Program-made: the position numbers and the translations under genes
Source: Spirochaetia bacterium
Lineage (GTDB): Bacteria > Spirochaetota > Spirochaetia > SZUA-6 > Bin103
Length of the DNA: 64,000 bases
Direction: 5' to 3'
Assembly (NCBI GenBank): GCA_965199955.1
Contig: CBDATQ010000001.1
Location: 1,344,001 to 1,408,000 of the forward strand
Shown: positions 1 through 11,400 of the stretch, piece by piece
How positions within the stretch are numbered: position 1 is the stretch's first letter
How the letters are laid out: every line of letters begins with the position of its first letter
The notes under the pieces: generated by a model
What the model was told of the DNA's origin: nothing
What the model saw: only the letters and a program-made list of their open reading frames with translations
Databases searched by the model: none

Positions 1-191
1 AGGTGGTGCTCAAGCGCCAGGAGCTTGCCGGCGACGCGTTCGACGCGGAGCGGGAGGCGAGGTACGCCGCCTACACGCAGAATTTTCGGTACGCGACGGT
101 ATTCGTGTCGATAATACCCATGTTGATCATCTATCCGTTCGTGCAACGGTACCTGGTACAGGGAGTGATGATCGGATCACTCAAGGAATGA
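1..191 (+). CDS. Carbohydrate ABC transporter permease, 3' end (cut by window edge)
   Basis: C-terminus YATVFVSIIPMLIIYPFVQRYLVQGVMIGSLKE is typical of CUT1 (LplC-like) permeases; a solute-binding protein gene follows directly. Confidence 0.85.
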   Translation, partial: VVLKRQELAGDAFDAEREARYAAYTQNFRYATVFVSIIPMLIIYPFVQRYLVQGVMIGSLKE

Positions 192-286
192 CGGCGCCGC
201 GGCCGCCAGACGCGGCCGGCCCTTTGTCAAAGGGAGGCGCAAACACCACGCTTCACCCAAGGGAGGGTGAGGCAGAGGAAGGCAGG

Positions 287-1861
287 ATGAAGAAACTGAT
301 TCTCATCCCCACGATACTCGCGCTGGTCGCAGCGGGAGCTTTTGCGACCGGCGAGGAGGAGGGTGCCGCGGCGGCGCCGACGCTGGTCTACTGGACCGAC
401 AACCCCAACCTGACCTCGGACGCTGCGGTCTACGCCATCGTCCTGGAGGAGGCGCAGGTGCAGCTCGACGTCACCGGGATTCCGGAGGAGTCCTACGGCG
501 ACAAGGTGCAGCTCGCGGCCGCCGCCGGCGACATGCCCGACATGATGGGACGGATCATCGACAACGTCGTGCGTCCGCTGGGCCATGACGGGTTCCTGAT
601 GCCGCTCCGCGACATCACCATGGAGAAGGTGCCCAACCTGTGGCAGTCCATCGAGGCGCGCGGCCTGAACATCGCCGCCCACTCCGGGCTGTTCGGCGAC
701 GGCATGGGCGAGTTCTGGATGGCGCCGCGCTTCGCCTACACCGGCATCTGCAACGCTGTCTCGTACCGCGTGGACGTCTTCGAGGCCATCGGCATGGATC
801 CGCCGACCACCACCGCCGAACTGCGCGAAGCGGCCGCGGCGATCAAGGCGATGTTCCCGGACATGATCCCGATCATGACCCGCGCCGGCTGGGCTACCCG
901 GATGTGGTTCCGCGAGATGTTCGGACTCGCGTTCGAGCCCATGGGCTCGGTCTATCAGGCCTCCGATCGCTACCGCGACATGCTCAGGTTCCTGGCCGAT
1001 CTCTACGTGAACGACCTGATCGACCAGGAGTGGTTCACCGGCAGCGACGAGCAGCTCAAGCAGGCCTTCAACGCGGGCCGGGTGGCGATGGAGAACGGCT
1101 TCGGCGCATTCGGCATGCCGGGGCGCGTCGGCGCGTTCATGGCCGAGCACGGCATCACCGCCGAGGATTACGAAGCCGCCAAGAGGTCGGAAGCGGCCGC
1201 CAAGGAATACGCGGCCCGTTACCACGAGATCATCGGCTTCCTGGATCCGATCACGGTCGAGCCCGGCGCGGACGTGGTGCCGGGGTGCATCGGCGGCACC
1301 CGCGGCGGCTTCGAGGACTCAGGTCTCTCGGTGAGCACCTCGGTGTCGGACGTCGACGCCGCCATGCGGCTGCTCAACTGGATCTACCAGCCGGACGCCA
1401 GCGGTCACCATACCGGTGAGTGGGGCAAGCAGGGAGTCGCCTGGGACTACGACGACGGCGTCGGCCGCGTGCTGCCCACCAAGGATCCCGATTACATCGG
1501 CGAGGCCGCGTTCATGATGATGCCGGACGTCGTCCGCGTGTCGTCGATCCCCCTCTACCAGACGCTGCGTGACATGGATCAACGCGTGAAGGACCGCGCC
1601 TACCTGGAGACCCGCGACGTGATCGCGTTCGCGGACGAGAAGGACCGCCAGCGGCACAGCGACCTGGGCGCCCAGATCGGCCCGATCATCAGCGAGTGGT
1701 TGGGCAAGTTCGCGACCGGACAGGCGGACGTGGACTCGCAGTGGGAGGAGTACATCGCCGAGCTGAAGAAGGCCGGGCTCGACGAGTACCAGCAGCTCAA
1801 GATGGACAACCTGGTCGAAGGTGTCCCGCACCTGCAGCCGCTGTCTCAGTTCGTGAACTGA
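287..1861 (+). CDS. Extracellular solute-binding protein (LplA-like sugar ABC)
   Basis: Signal peptide MKKLILIPTILALVAAGAFA; AAGDMPD, YRVDVFEAIGMDPPTT and terminal WEEYIAELKKAGLDEY motifs; purine-rich RBS before ATG 287. Confidence 0.9.
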   Translation: MKKLILIPTILALVAAGAFATGEEEGAAAAPTLVYWTDNPNLTSDAAVYAIVLEEAQVQLDVTGIPEESYGDKVQLAAAAGDMPDMMGRIIDNVVRPLGHDGFLMPLRDITMEKVPNLWQSIEARGLNIAAHSGLFGDGMGEFWMAPRFAYTGICNAVSYRVDVFEAIGMDPPTTTAELREAAAAIKAMFPDMIPIMTRAGWATRMWFREMFGLAFEPMGSVYQASDRYRDMLRFLADLYVNDLIDQEWFTGSDEQLKQAFNAGRVAMENGFGAFGMPGRVGAFMAEHGITAEDYEAAKRSEAAAKEYAARYHEIIGFLDPITVEPGADVVPGCIGGTRGGFEDSGLSVSTSVSDVDAAMRLLNWIYQPDASGHHTGEWGKQGVAWDYDDGVGRVLPTKDPDYIGEAAFMMMPDVVRVSSIPLYQTLRDMDQRVKDRAYLETRDVIAFADEKDRQRHSDLGAQIGPIISEWLGKFATGQADVDSQWEEYIAELKKAGLDEYQQLKMDNLVEGVPHLQPLSQFVN

Positions 1862-1882
1862 CCGACAGAAGCTGTGCGTTTC

Positions 1883-1922
1883 CAGCGGCTCCGGATCCCT
1901 TGAGGGTTCGGAGCCGCTCTTC
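1883..1922. terminator. Intrinsic terminator-like hairpin between convergent genes
   Basis: agcggctccg-gatccct-tg-agggttc-ggagccgct stem-loop followed by cttt. Confidence 0.7.
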
Positions 1923-1949
1923 ATTGGTCTGGTGGGGTCTGCAAGCCCC

Positions 1950-2768
1950 TCAGACCACGCCGCCGCCGCCGTCCACGGTGATGGCGGAGCCAGTGATCAT
2001 CTCCGCGGCGTCGGAGGCGAGGAACGCGAACGCCTCGGCGATCTCCTCCGCCCGGGGAAGGCGTCCCCAGGGCGTTCCGCGGACGCGGCTCTCGTAGTTG
2101 GCCGGATTGTCGATCGAGGTGGACCAGTCGTTGGGACTGTGCTCGGCAGAGCCGCGGATGAACGGCGTGTCCACGTGGCCGGGGTTCACTTGGCAGCAAC
2201 GGATTCCCTCGGCGGCGTATGAGCCCGCCGTGGCCGCGGTGAGGGCGCTCACTCCGAACTTGCTGCAGGCGTAGGCGGGCGCACCGCCGCCGGCGCGCAG
2301 CGAAGCCAGCGAGCCCACGCTGATGATGCAGCCGCCGCCGGCCCGGCGCATGGCCGGCACCACCGCCTTGATGCCGATGAAGATGCCGGTAAGGTTCAGC
2401 TCCAGGATGCGCCGGAACTGCGCCACCGTCATCTCGTCGTAGCTCACCCGGTGGTTGCCGCCGGCCAGGTAGCACATGGTGGTCAGGCTCCCGAAGCGGG
2501 ACTCCACCTGCTCCACGGCTGCCTGCCATGCCTCCGGTTCGGTGACGTCCAGCGGCACCGCCATCGCCTCCGAGCCGCCACCCGTCAACTCCGCGGCCAC
2601 CGCCGCGGCTGCCTCGATCCGATAGTCGGCCACCGCCACCCGCGCCCCGTCCGCCGCGAACCGCCGCGACACCGCCGAGCCCATGCCGCCCGCACCGCCG
2701 GCGATCAGCGCTACCCGGCCATCCAGTTGCCGCTGGCTGCGCTGCCTTTTGCGCTGTTCCCGTTCCAT
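1950..2768 (-). CDS. Short-chain dehydrogenase/reductase
   Basis: GGAGGMG Rossmann motif, catalytic YACSK, NPGHVDT; GGAGG RBS before ATG 2768. Confidence 0.9.
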   Translation of the reverse strand: MEREQRKRQRSQRQLDGRVALIAGGAGGMGSAVSRRFAADGARVAVADYRIEAAAAVAAELTGGGSEAMAVPLDVTEPEAWQAAVEQVESRFGSLTTMCYLAGGNHRVSYDEMTVAQFRRILELNLTGIFIGIKAVVPAMRRAGGGCIISVGSLASLRAGGGAPAYACSKFGVSALTAATAGSYAAEGIRCCQVNPGHVDTPFIRGSAEHSPNDWSTSIDNPANYESRVRGTPWGRLPRAEEIAEAFAFLASDAAEMITGSAITVDGGGGVV

Positions 2769-2841
2769 CGACACCTCCATGCGGCCCCCTTCTGCCGAGT
2801 GAGTGATGCCCATCGGCTCCGGCGTGCGCTGTTCATCCCGT

Positions 2842-2871
2842 TTGACAGTTCTCCGAAGGCGCGCCTACGAT
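2842..2871 (+). promoter_or_regulatory. Sigma70-like promoter
   Basis: TTGACA-N18-TACGAT. Confidence 0.5.
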
Positions 2872-2949
2872 CCGGACTCATATCGGCGGGCATACCGAGT
2901 GGGACTGCGAGTTGACGAGCCGGGCAGTGCCGGGAAAGACGCATGATCT

Positions 2950-3943
2950 GGCCTTGCACCTGCAGAACGAGAGCGGCACACACGAAACGGAGTTCATCAA
3001 CTACTACGGCCTCATAGGAGGTCCTGTCAATAGGAGTGTAAACGAGTCAGGCAGCGTCCCGCTCCTGATCTTCGATTCGAATTCCGTCTCGGTACTCGGC
3101 TCCCACCCACACATCTTGAAGTAGCTCCGTCAACAGCCCGTGGTGGGCGCCGTATATCATCGACATATTCCTGCAGGTGTGCCCGAATCTCGATTTCGTG
3201 GGGATAGACGGCGTATACAGCGTGGTCGAGCCGAACCAGCTGACGGTAGGCCAGCGCGGGAGGAATCTCGCATTCGCCGCGGAGTCGCCGACGGAGGCGC
3301 CCTCCACAAAGCCCTGCCTGCCCATGCTGCCCTACTACACGGCGCTGAAGATGAACGGCTTGGGAAACCTGCTGTGGGAAGCGCCGGATCCGGATACAGT
3401 GGTGAACGATAGAGCGGCATTCGTGCGGTTCAAGAGAGCGCTGTATCCGATCAAGAACGCGATGATCCCTCTCGTCGAAGCTCGAAATCGCAAGCGGCTG
3501 ACCGTATGGTACTCTCAGAGCGCAAACGTGGAAAAGAAGATGGAGATCGACATCTTCGGCAACCGCATAGATTTGCAAACCCCGTGTCTTATAGCGGAAA
3601 GGGGACGGTGTTGATCGAAGGGCGTACGGTGAGGACGGTACGCGATGGGCCGTTCGACCTCAGGGTCGGAGAGGTGAAGCGGAATGTCGCCGGCAGTCAG
3701 GCGGGTTTTGTAATACCGTTCAAGGACGGACTAATCGTCGGGACCGGCGGGGCTTCCATCGGCATCGAGGGAAGCCGCTCGGTCGCTGTGGAGACAGGTC
3801 GCTTCGAGGGGCGACGATGGGTCAGCGAAGGCCGATTGTCGTTGGAGCGAGGCAGGCTGCGCGTTGCACCGGGGTTGGTAACGATCTCGGGATCGGCCGT
3901 ACTTGCGGGTCTCGTGCCGGATCCGACAGACTCCACCGTGTGA
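2950..3943 (+). pseudogene. Frameshifted, 5'-truncated gene, possibly glycoside hydrolase-like (GH35/GH42 clan A); lower GC than its flanks
   Basis: Consecutive fragments in different frames (…VNSPWWAPY…CPNLDFVGIDGVY…NLAFAAESPTE; 3506-3943); the last stop overlaps the next GTG (GTGA). Boundaries are approximate. Confidence 0.4.
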
Positions 3944-5040
3944 ACAGCATGGAGTACCCGCCCGAGGGACGCACGCGCACCGATCCGAACACGGGGGTCC
4001 GCGTCCGTCAGGTCACCGACCACCCGTCGATCAACCATCATCCGTTCTACTACCTGCCGGCTATGGACGACGCCATGCGGCACCTGGTATTCGTCTCGCA
4101 CCGTAGCGGACGGCCGGAGATCTTCGTGGAGGTGCAGGAGGACGGCATGCTGGTGCAGCTCACCGAGCACGAGGGGCTGGCGGAGTGGTCCGTCCACCCC
4201 TCCCACGACGGCCGCCACGTGTACTTCACCGACACGGGCGGCGGCTGGCGGGTCGAGGTGGGGTCGCGGAGGGAGGAGCAGCTCTTCTCGTTCGACGACG
4301 GCCGCACCGCGATCGAAGGCCAGGTCGGAGCGGCCATGGGGACGACCACGGTCAGCGGTGACGACCGCTGGTGGGCGGTGCCGGTGAGCTTCGGCGATCG
4401 CTCCCGCATGCTGGTGATCGACACCGCCACGGGCGCGGCCGACTACGTGCTGGAGGCGGACGGCATCGGCCACCCGGAGTTCCATCCCGACGACGCGGAG
4501 TGGTTCCGCTACGCAGGTTCCTACCAGGCGCGCATCTGGGTGGCGCGCCGGGACGGCAGCCGGAACCGTTTGGCCTACGAGCGGGACGCTGCCGCCAAGG
4601 AGTGGATCGTGCACGAGACGTGGCGCCCGGGCACGCGCGAGATCGTCACCACCCAGTGGCCGCACGGCATGATCGGCATCGACGTGGACACCGGCAAGGT
4701 GCGGCGGGTCTGTTCCTTCAACGCGTGGCACGCCGCCATCAGCCGCGACGGATCGAGGCTGGTGAGCGACACCACCTTTCCGGACAACGGGCTGATGGTA
4801 TTCGACGCCACCGACGGGGTGGGCGAGCCGCAGCCGCTCTGCGCTTCCGAGTCCAGCAACGAGGGCGCGCACTGGGACACCGACCACTGCCCGTACGACG
4901 ACGGCCCGACGAAAGTGTACGCCCCGCAGCACACCCACCCGCACCCGGCCTTCTCCCCCGACGGCCGACAGGTGGTGTTCACCAGCGACCGGGGCGGCTT
5001 CGCGCAGGTGTACGTCTCCGAGGTGCCCGCAGCGTCGTAG
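3940..5040 (+). CDS. Oligogalacturonate lyase (PL22/Ogl)-like beta-propeller protein
   Basis: DPNTGVRVRQVT, HHPFYY, GHPEFHP, HETW and HPHPAFSPDGRQVVFTSDRGG motifs; no signal peptide; alternative start ATG 3949. Confidence 0.8.
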   Translation: MNSMEYPPEGRTRTDPNTGVRVRQVTDHPSINHHPFYYLPAMDDAMRHLVFVSHRSGRPEIFVEVQEDGMLVQLTEHEGLAEWSVHPSHDGRHVYFTDTGGGWRVEVGSRREEQLFSFDDGRTAIEGQVGAAMGTTTVSGDDRWWAVPVSFGDRSRMLVIDTATGAADYVLEADGIGHPEFHPDDAEWFRYAGSYQARIWVARRDGSRNRLAYERDAAAKEWIVHETWRPGTREIVTTQWPHGMIGIDVDTGKVRRVCSFNAWHAAISRDGSRLVSDTTFPDNGLMVFDATDGVGEPQPLCASESSNEGAHWDTDHCPYDDGPTKVYAPQHTHPHPAFSPDGRQVVFTSDRGGFAQVYVSEVPAAS

Positions 5041-5056
5041 CCCGCCGGCGCAGGGC

Positions 5057-6875
5057 TTACGGCGGTTCCGAGGACTTGCCCGGCAGCGGCGATACGACGT
5101 CGCGGGACAGCCCCAGCTCCGCCACGTCGTAGCGGTGCAGGAAGCCGTCCTCGGTTCCCACGATCAGGGCCGGCGAACCGTTCCAGTCGATGACGATCGG
5201 CGCGCAACTGTGGCATCCGAACAGCAACGGGCTACCGTCCCGGTCGACCAACGCCGAGGCCGCTCCCCACACGGGCGCCGGGGGTGCCGACGTTGTCGAT
5301 CAGGACGACGCCGGCACCGACGTTCGCTTCCTGCGAGAGCTGGTACAGATCGCGGTGGGTGGGGAGAAGCTTGCAGTGCGTGCCGATCAGCAGCTCCAGG
5401 AGCCCGTCTCCGTCCCAGTCGTACGCGAACAGCTTCGACCGGCCGATGAAGGTGAACTCCGGGAACTTGTTGGGGCCGCCGACGTACAGCGGCTCGCCGG
5501 ACTCCGTGGGCACCCGGCCGCGCCTCGAATCCCGGGAATCAGCCAGTACTGCCCGGTGATGCAGCCCAGGATCAGGTCCGGCACCCCCGGTTCAGACCAC
5601 TCGGTTGCCGCCGGCCCCACGTAGCCCCAGGTCAGCTCCTCCGGGCCCTGCACCGAGCCCGACGGGCCGGCCACGAGACGGAACGGCCTGCCTCCGGCCG
5701 TGATGGCGGCAGGCGGCGCGAACGCCGGCTCGCCGCCCGCGGCAGTGTCGCGCAGGTGGAGGATCTCGCCACTGGCGTTGCCGCAGTACAGGTCCAGACG
5801 GCCCGTCGGCGAGAGGACGGGCGTCGGGACGGCCAGGACGCCGGCCTTGATGATGTCGCGTTCCTGCCGAACCCGGACCGGCTGGGCGAACGCGGCGCCG
5901 TCGTTGACGGCCACGTAGAGGTAGCCGTCCTCCATCGCGCAGAGCAGGTCGGGGTACCCGTTCCCGGTCAGGTCGTGCTCGCCGATGCTGGCGATGCAGC
6001 CGGGAAAGCCCAGCGGCCGGCCGTCCTTGGTGGGGATGCCGCAGGACTCCAGCCTGTCGGCTTCCAGCGCCGCCACCGGCCCCTGGGCGGCCACCGCCGC
6101 CGCGTCGAGCACCCAGTCGTACAGACCGCCGCGGAAGTCGGCCACGAGCAGGTGCGTTTCCCCGTCGCGATAGGCCGCACCAGCAGCGGGGACGCGCGGC
6201 CGTCCACGAGCACCGGCGACGGCGGATCACCGGCGTGGACGGTCTGCAGCCGATCGTAACGCGGAGCGGACCCGCCCACGTTGCGGGCAACGTAGACGTG
6301 GCCCGTCACGTTTCTCCCGCGCCACACGCCGTCGAGGTAGCGGACGCGCAGATCCTCCGGGAACGGCAGGTCCGGGTTCCATTGACCGGGCACGGGTTGC
6401 CTCTGCCGCCAGTCGTTGTCGCCGAGCAGCAGGTGGGGGGCCGCGGCGGTGCCGGGCTCGGCCAGGAGCTGCACCGTGCCTAGGCCCTTGCTTGCCTCGG
6501 GCTCGGGGAACGATGCGCTCCCTGCCGGCCGAAGGTCCAACCGGCGTCGTACGACGCGATAGCGCCGCAGGTCCCCGCCCGCGAACGATCACAGCTCCAG
6601 CGGCGGGCCGTCGTCCGCGGTCCTGAGCGCCGCCACCCGCTTCTGCCCGCGCCGCTCGACCGACGACCATCCCAGGTTCTCGTCGATCGCGGCGTTGGCG
6701 GGCAGCCCATAGCACGGCAGCCCTCGGTCGTCCCGGCCGGCCATCGTCCAGATGTCGGTGCCGACCATCAGGTCCAGCAGTCGCCGCGCTGCAGGATGAG
6801 CGGCGGCGCGGTCCCGAGCCCGTAGCCGAGTTCGACCGGACCGTCGCTGCGATACTGCAGAACCCGCTCGTTCAT
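5057..6875 (-). pseudogene. FG-GAP/VCBS-repeat beta-propeller protein, split by several frameshifts
   Basis: Fragments contain DLTGNGYPDLLCAMEDG, DWDGDGLLELLIG and DWNGSPALIVGTEDG; the start MNERVLQY overlaps the sulfatase stop. Confidence 0.7.
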
Positions 6876-8341
6876 GGCTGCCTCCCCGGCCGCGTCTGCT
6901 CGTCGAGTATCCGCGGGCCGACCGGGGCGAGGCGCAGGATCGGGTAGTGCGAGTTGAAGAGCGCGCGGTCGCCGGTGTCGCGCACGATCTGCCACGCGTA
7001 GCGCATGAGGGCTGCGACCTGATCCTGCCGGTCGGGATCGTCGATCAGGTTGCGCATCTCGTAGGGGTCGTCGTCGAGGTGGTAGAGCTCGTCGAAGTCG
7101 AAGCCGTTCCAGACGAGCTTCCACGGGCCGTCCCAGACGATTCGTTGCGTCAGCCGGTAGCGGCCGCCGTGGTACTCGGCGAAGCCGCGGGCGAACTCAC
7201 CGGCGTGGCGCTCGTCGGCGAGTACCGTGCGGAACGAGCGCGAGTCCGGCGCGCCGATGGGTGGCAGCCCGGCCAGCTCCAGCAGGGTCGGCGCCAGGTC
7301 GTGCAGGCCGACCCGCGCCTCGCTCACGACTCCCTGGCCGACGCCGGGGCCTGAAATCACCAGCGGGACCTGGTAGACTTCTTCGAATCCGCTGACGTTC
7401 TTGCAGTACAGCCCGTGCGCGCCGAGCAGCTCGCCGTGGTCGCTGGTCAGCACGACGATCGTGTCGTCGAGCCGGCCGGCGGCGTCGACCAGATCGATCA
7501 GGCTGCCGAACTGGGTGTCGATCTCCGTGATCGACGCGTAGTAGCAGGCGGCGGCCTCACGCCGCTGCCGGTCGGTCATGCCGCGCCAGGTCCTGCCCGC
7601 CTTGCGGTAGATGCCGGGCTGGCCCGCCAGGTCGTCGTGCACGTTGGGCTGCAGGGAGATGCTGTCCACGTCGTAAACGGCGTACGCGGCCTCGCCGGTG
7701 ACGAACGGGTCATGGGGCTCGGTCACGCTCACAAAGCAGCACCACGGATCGTCGCCGGAGGCGGCATCCTGCAGGAATTCGCGCGCGAGCGCCGTGGCGA
7801 CGCCGACGCCCCGCCGTTCCGGGGGAGTGTCGGTCACGCCGTACAGCAGCGTCCGGTCATAGCCGGGCGGATGGTCGTTGGTCCCGCGCAGGCTGAAGGC
7901 GCCGGTGTCCTTCGTGGCCGCTCCCGTTGCCCGTTGCGCGTCCTTGTACAGCGCGTTCTTCGTGCCGCCGTCCACCTCCCAGCCGAAGCGGCGCGGGTCG
8001 TCGCTGCGCTCCACGTGCCACTTGCCGAAGTAGCCGGTGCGGTAGCCGGCCGCCTGCAGCCGCTGCGCCCAGTGCGGATGTTCCGTGCGGAGGTTGCACT
8101 GGTCGTCGTCCACGCAGTGGGTGACCTCCAGCACGCCGTGGGAGTGCGGGAGCAGTCCGGTCATCAGGCTGGCCCGCGCGGGCGAGCAGACGGCGTTGGG
8201 CGTGTATGCACGCGGGAAGCGCACGCCGCGCGCTGCGAGGCGATCGAAGTGCGGGGTCTGGCAGGGACTGCCGGGATCCAGCACGCGGCCCTGCATCTGG
8301 TCGGTCATCAGGAACAGGATGTTCGGTCGATTGGCGCTCAT
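6872..8341 (-). CDS. Sulfatase (S1, Cys-type)
   Basis: RPNILFLMTDQ, CSPARASLMTG, GKWH, PHDPF, TSDHGE, ELYHLDDDPYE. Confidence 0.95.
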   Translation of the reverse strand: MSANRPNILFLMTDQMQGRVLDPGSPCQTPHFDRLAARGVRFPRAYTPNAVCSPARASLMTGLLPHSHGVLEVTHCVDDDQCNLRTEHPHWAQRLQAAGYRTGYFGKWHVERSDDPRRFGWEVDGGTKNALYKDAQRATGAATKDTGAFSLRGTNDHPPGYDRTLLYGVTDTPPERRGVGVATALAREFLQDAASGDDPWCCFVSVTEPHDPFVTGEAAYAVYDVDSISLQPNVHDDLAGQPGIYRKAGRTWRGMTDRQRREAAACYYASITEIDTQFGSLIDLVDAAGRLDDTIVVLTSDHGELLGAHGLYCKNVSGFEEVYQVPLVISGPGVGQGVVSEARVGLHDLAPTLLELAGLPPIGAPDSRSFRTVLADERHAGEFARGFAEYHGGRYRLTQRIVWDGPWKLVWNGFDFDELYHLDDDPYEMRNLIDDPDRQDQVAALMRYAWQIVRDTGDRALFNSHYPILRLAPVGPRILDEQTRPGRQP

Positions 8342-8419
8342 CCCTCGCAGGGTAGCGCGGTGCCCCGAAGGCGGCGAGCAGAGTTGCGCCGAGCTGACGG
8401 TCTACGACCCCTGGAAGCG

Positions 8420-11400
8420 CTACGAGTGCTCCGGCCCAGCCTCCTCGAGCGCGGCGAGGACGGTGGGGACGTAGCGCATCTGGCTGGACAGTTGCTTGCC
8501 GAGGTCGCGGTGGCCCTCCAGGTCGGGCATGACGCCGATCGCGGGCAGGGCGCGGTGCAGGCAGCGTCCGATCTCGGGATCGCCGGAGACGGCGAACGCG
8601 TCGGCCACTCCTTCGATGATGATCTGGGTGCCAAAAACCTCGCCCTCGGCGATGCGCTGCATGGTCTTGCAGCTTCCGCCGATGAAGTGGCCGGTCTTCT
8701 CGTCGAAGGTCTCGCGGACCAGCCAGCGTCCGCCGGCGAGGATGGCGGCGGACGCCTCGTCCTCGTGCGTGAGATCGTAGTAGCGCTTCAGGGCGGACAG
8801 CAGGACGGTGACCATGAAGGCGATGTTGCCGCGGCAGTGAGGGTAGCCGCACCAGCAGTGGCCGGAGGTGAGCATCCGCGTCCAGCCTCCCGAGGCGTCC
8901 TGCTTCTCCAGGATGCGGCGGACGACGACGGCGGCGCCGTTGGCGGCGCGGCGGTCGCCGGTGGCGGAGGCCAGCATCGTCAGGTGGATGAGGTGCCAGC
9001 CGGCCTCGCGCACGGCGCTGAACTCGTAGTGGTCCAGCCGCTCGGGCTGCAGGAGCCAACCGGCGGAGCGCAGCAGCGAGTCGCGCACCGACTCGTCCCC
9101 GGTCAGGAGGAAGTGCAGCAGCGGGCCTTCCGCCCACATGTGCGAGGGGGTGCCACGGGTGCCGGGGACCTTGCTGCGGAAGTAGGGCGGCAGGTAGCCG
9201 CCCAGATGGGCGGGCATGTGCATCGGCTGCAGCCCGACGTGTCGCGGGTCGTGGAAGGCGTTGACGGTATCGACGTCGGCCAGGTGCCGGGCCGACTGCG
9301 CGCCCCACGTGGCCCAGCCGGGCTCGCCGCCGCGCAGGAACTCCCAGTAGGCGCAGTAGGGGGTGTCGTACTCGTTGTTGCCCCAGCACCAGTCTCCCTC
9401 GCCGTACCAGTCGCCGAAATTCGCGTGGCCGTAGGCGCGCCAGTGCTCCTGGTCCTCGTGGAACTGGCGCAGCGCTTCGGCGGCGAACCGCTCGTAGCGC
9501 GGCTGCGCCGAGCCCTCCTTGGCGGCGAGCCGCGGCAGCGCCCCGGTCGCATTGGCGTAGGCGAGGCCGGGGCGGGCCGCGACCGGCGTCTCCAGCCACT
9601 CGAACAGGGGCGCGATGGCGTCGCGGTCGGCTCCGTCGGGCGGCAGGGCGAGAAGCAGTTCCGTGGTCAGCGCCATGCCCTCGCGCAGCACGTAGCGCCC
9701 ATCCTGCAGCCACCGGTAGAGCCGCTGCCACGCTTCCTCGTCGCCGGGCAGCTCCTCGCCGGAGAGCTCCGGCAGGAGCTCGAGTCGTACGGCGTCGCCG
9801 CTGACGGCAACGCCCTTGGGATAGCTCTGCCAGAAGTTTCGGATCCCGGCGGCAAGCGTGTGGCCGGTGGCCGAGCTCACGCGGAGGTAGCCGGAGGTGC
9901 GCCCGTCGCGGCGCTGCCGGCCGGCGGGGGTGACGATGTCATGGGCAAGGTCGTGCTCGTGGCGCAGGCTCCAGGAGTGGTCGTCCGGGATTTCGAACCG
10001 CTCGCCGGCCAGCTCGACGGCGGCTGCGGCGAACGGAACCTCCAGCGTGCAGGAGTGGACGCCGAGCAGGGCCTGCTCCTCGTCCACGCCGGGCTCGAAT
10101 ACGGGATCGGCGTCCGGGTCCGAGCACAGCACCACCAGCCGGTGGTCGATCTTCACGAACGGCTGCTCGGCGTAGACGTGGATGCGCAACTCGCTGCGCA
10201 GCCGGGCGTGTCCGGCCGCGTCCCGGTGGACGGCGTCACAGCGCAGCGTGGTGCGCAGTGGACCGGCGTGCTCGACGGACGCCGAGGTAGCGGCGGCATC
10301 GAGCGGCGTGCCGTCGGCCAGCTCCACGCGAAGCGCCCGATTGAGGCGGCCGCCGGCAAGCGGTGGGCCGCTGGCGGTCGGCTCGAGGAGGAGCCAGTCC
10401 TCGGCGTCTGGCTGCACGGACACCCGCAGCATCCGGCCGGCCACCGCGACGGCGCCGCCGTCGCGCCGCTCCACGCTGATCGCTCCGTCCGCGTTCGGTG
10501 CTGCGGCGGCGCTCAGCAGGACGCGGCAGTCTGCGCGGGCGCCGGGCTGGAGCGGGGGAGGCACGGCGGCGTCCACCAGCACCCAGCGGGCCGAGCCGTC
10601 GGGCCAGCGGCTGTGGATGCGGGCCTGGGCGGCCGAGGCGTCGTCGGGGCCGTCGCCCCATGCGAGCCGGGCGTCGCCGGCCGAGAAGAGCGCGCCGCGG
10701 GAGACCGGCACGCCGAAGGTGAGCGGCAGCCCGGCCAGCGACGCGGCGGCGCCGGTGTCGCACAGCTCCACCTTCGCCTCGATCGGTGACACGGCGTTCG
10801 GCGAGCGCGGCTTGGGCCGGCTCGTGCTGAACTCGCAGACCGACTCGGTGGTATCGCCGTCCTGCTCGGTTGCCGTCAGCCGTGCGGTCCAGGTCCGGTC
10901 GAGCGGCAGGCCGGCAAGCGGGATCGCGTGCAGGGTCGAGGGGCCGTCCGGGGCGGACTTCACGACCGTCGACCCGGTTGGGTCCTGAACGGACACGGCG
11001 ACCGCCGAGGGCGGAAAGGTCAGGCAGTGGACGGCGGCGGCAGCGGCATCGCCGTCAGTGTCGACCTCCACGTGCAGGCGCTCGATGGCCGGCGCGAACG
11101 CGCTGGGCTCCGGGGCCTCGGCCAGCAGGATGAAGCGCTCGATCCGGCACTCGCCGCGCCCGTCACTCGCGAACTGAACCCACTTGACCCGATCGTCGAA
11201 CAGAATCGGCCGGTCGATGACGATGAGGTGCCGCCGGTTGTCGTGGCGTCGCGGCTCGATCCGTCCCACGTCTTCGGAGCCCAGGCTGAGCTCCAGCGGG
11301 AACTCCTCGCCTGCCTTGTCGTAGATGAGGGCAGCCAGGTAGTAGGGGCCGGGCAGCTTCGGGTTCCGGGGCGGCACGCGGAAACGGTGGCGGACGGTGG

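Noticed and set aside
7415..10789. Long antisense or alternative-frame ORFs (also 40407-42950, 15672-17234, 62150-63946)
   Set aside because: They are shadows of real genes caused by high-GC codon bias, with Arg/Ala/Gly-rich translations and no motifs.
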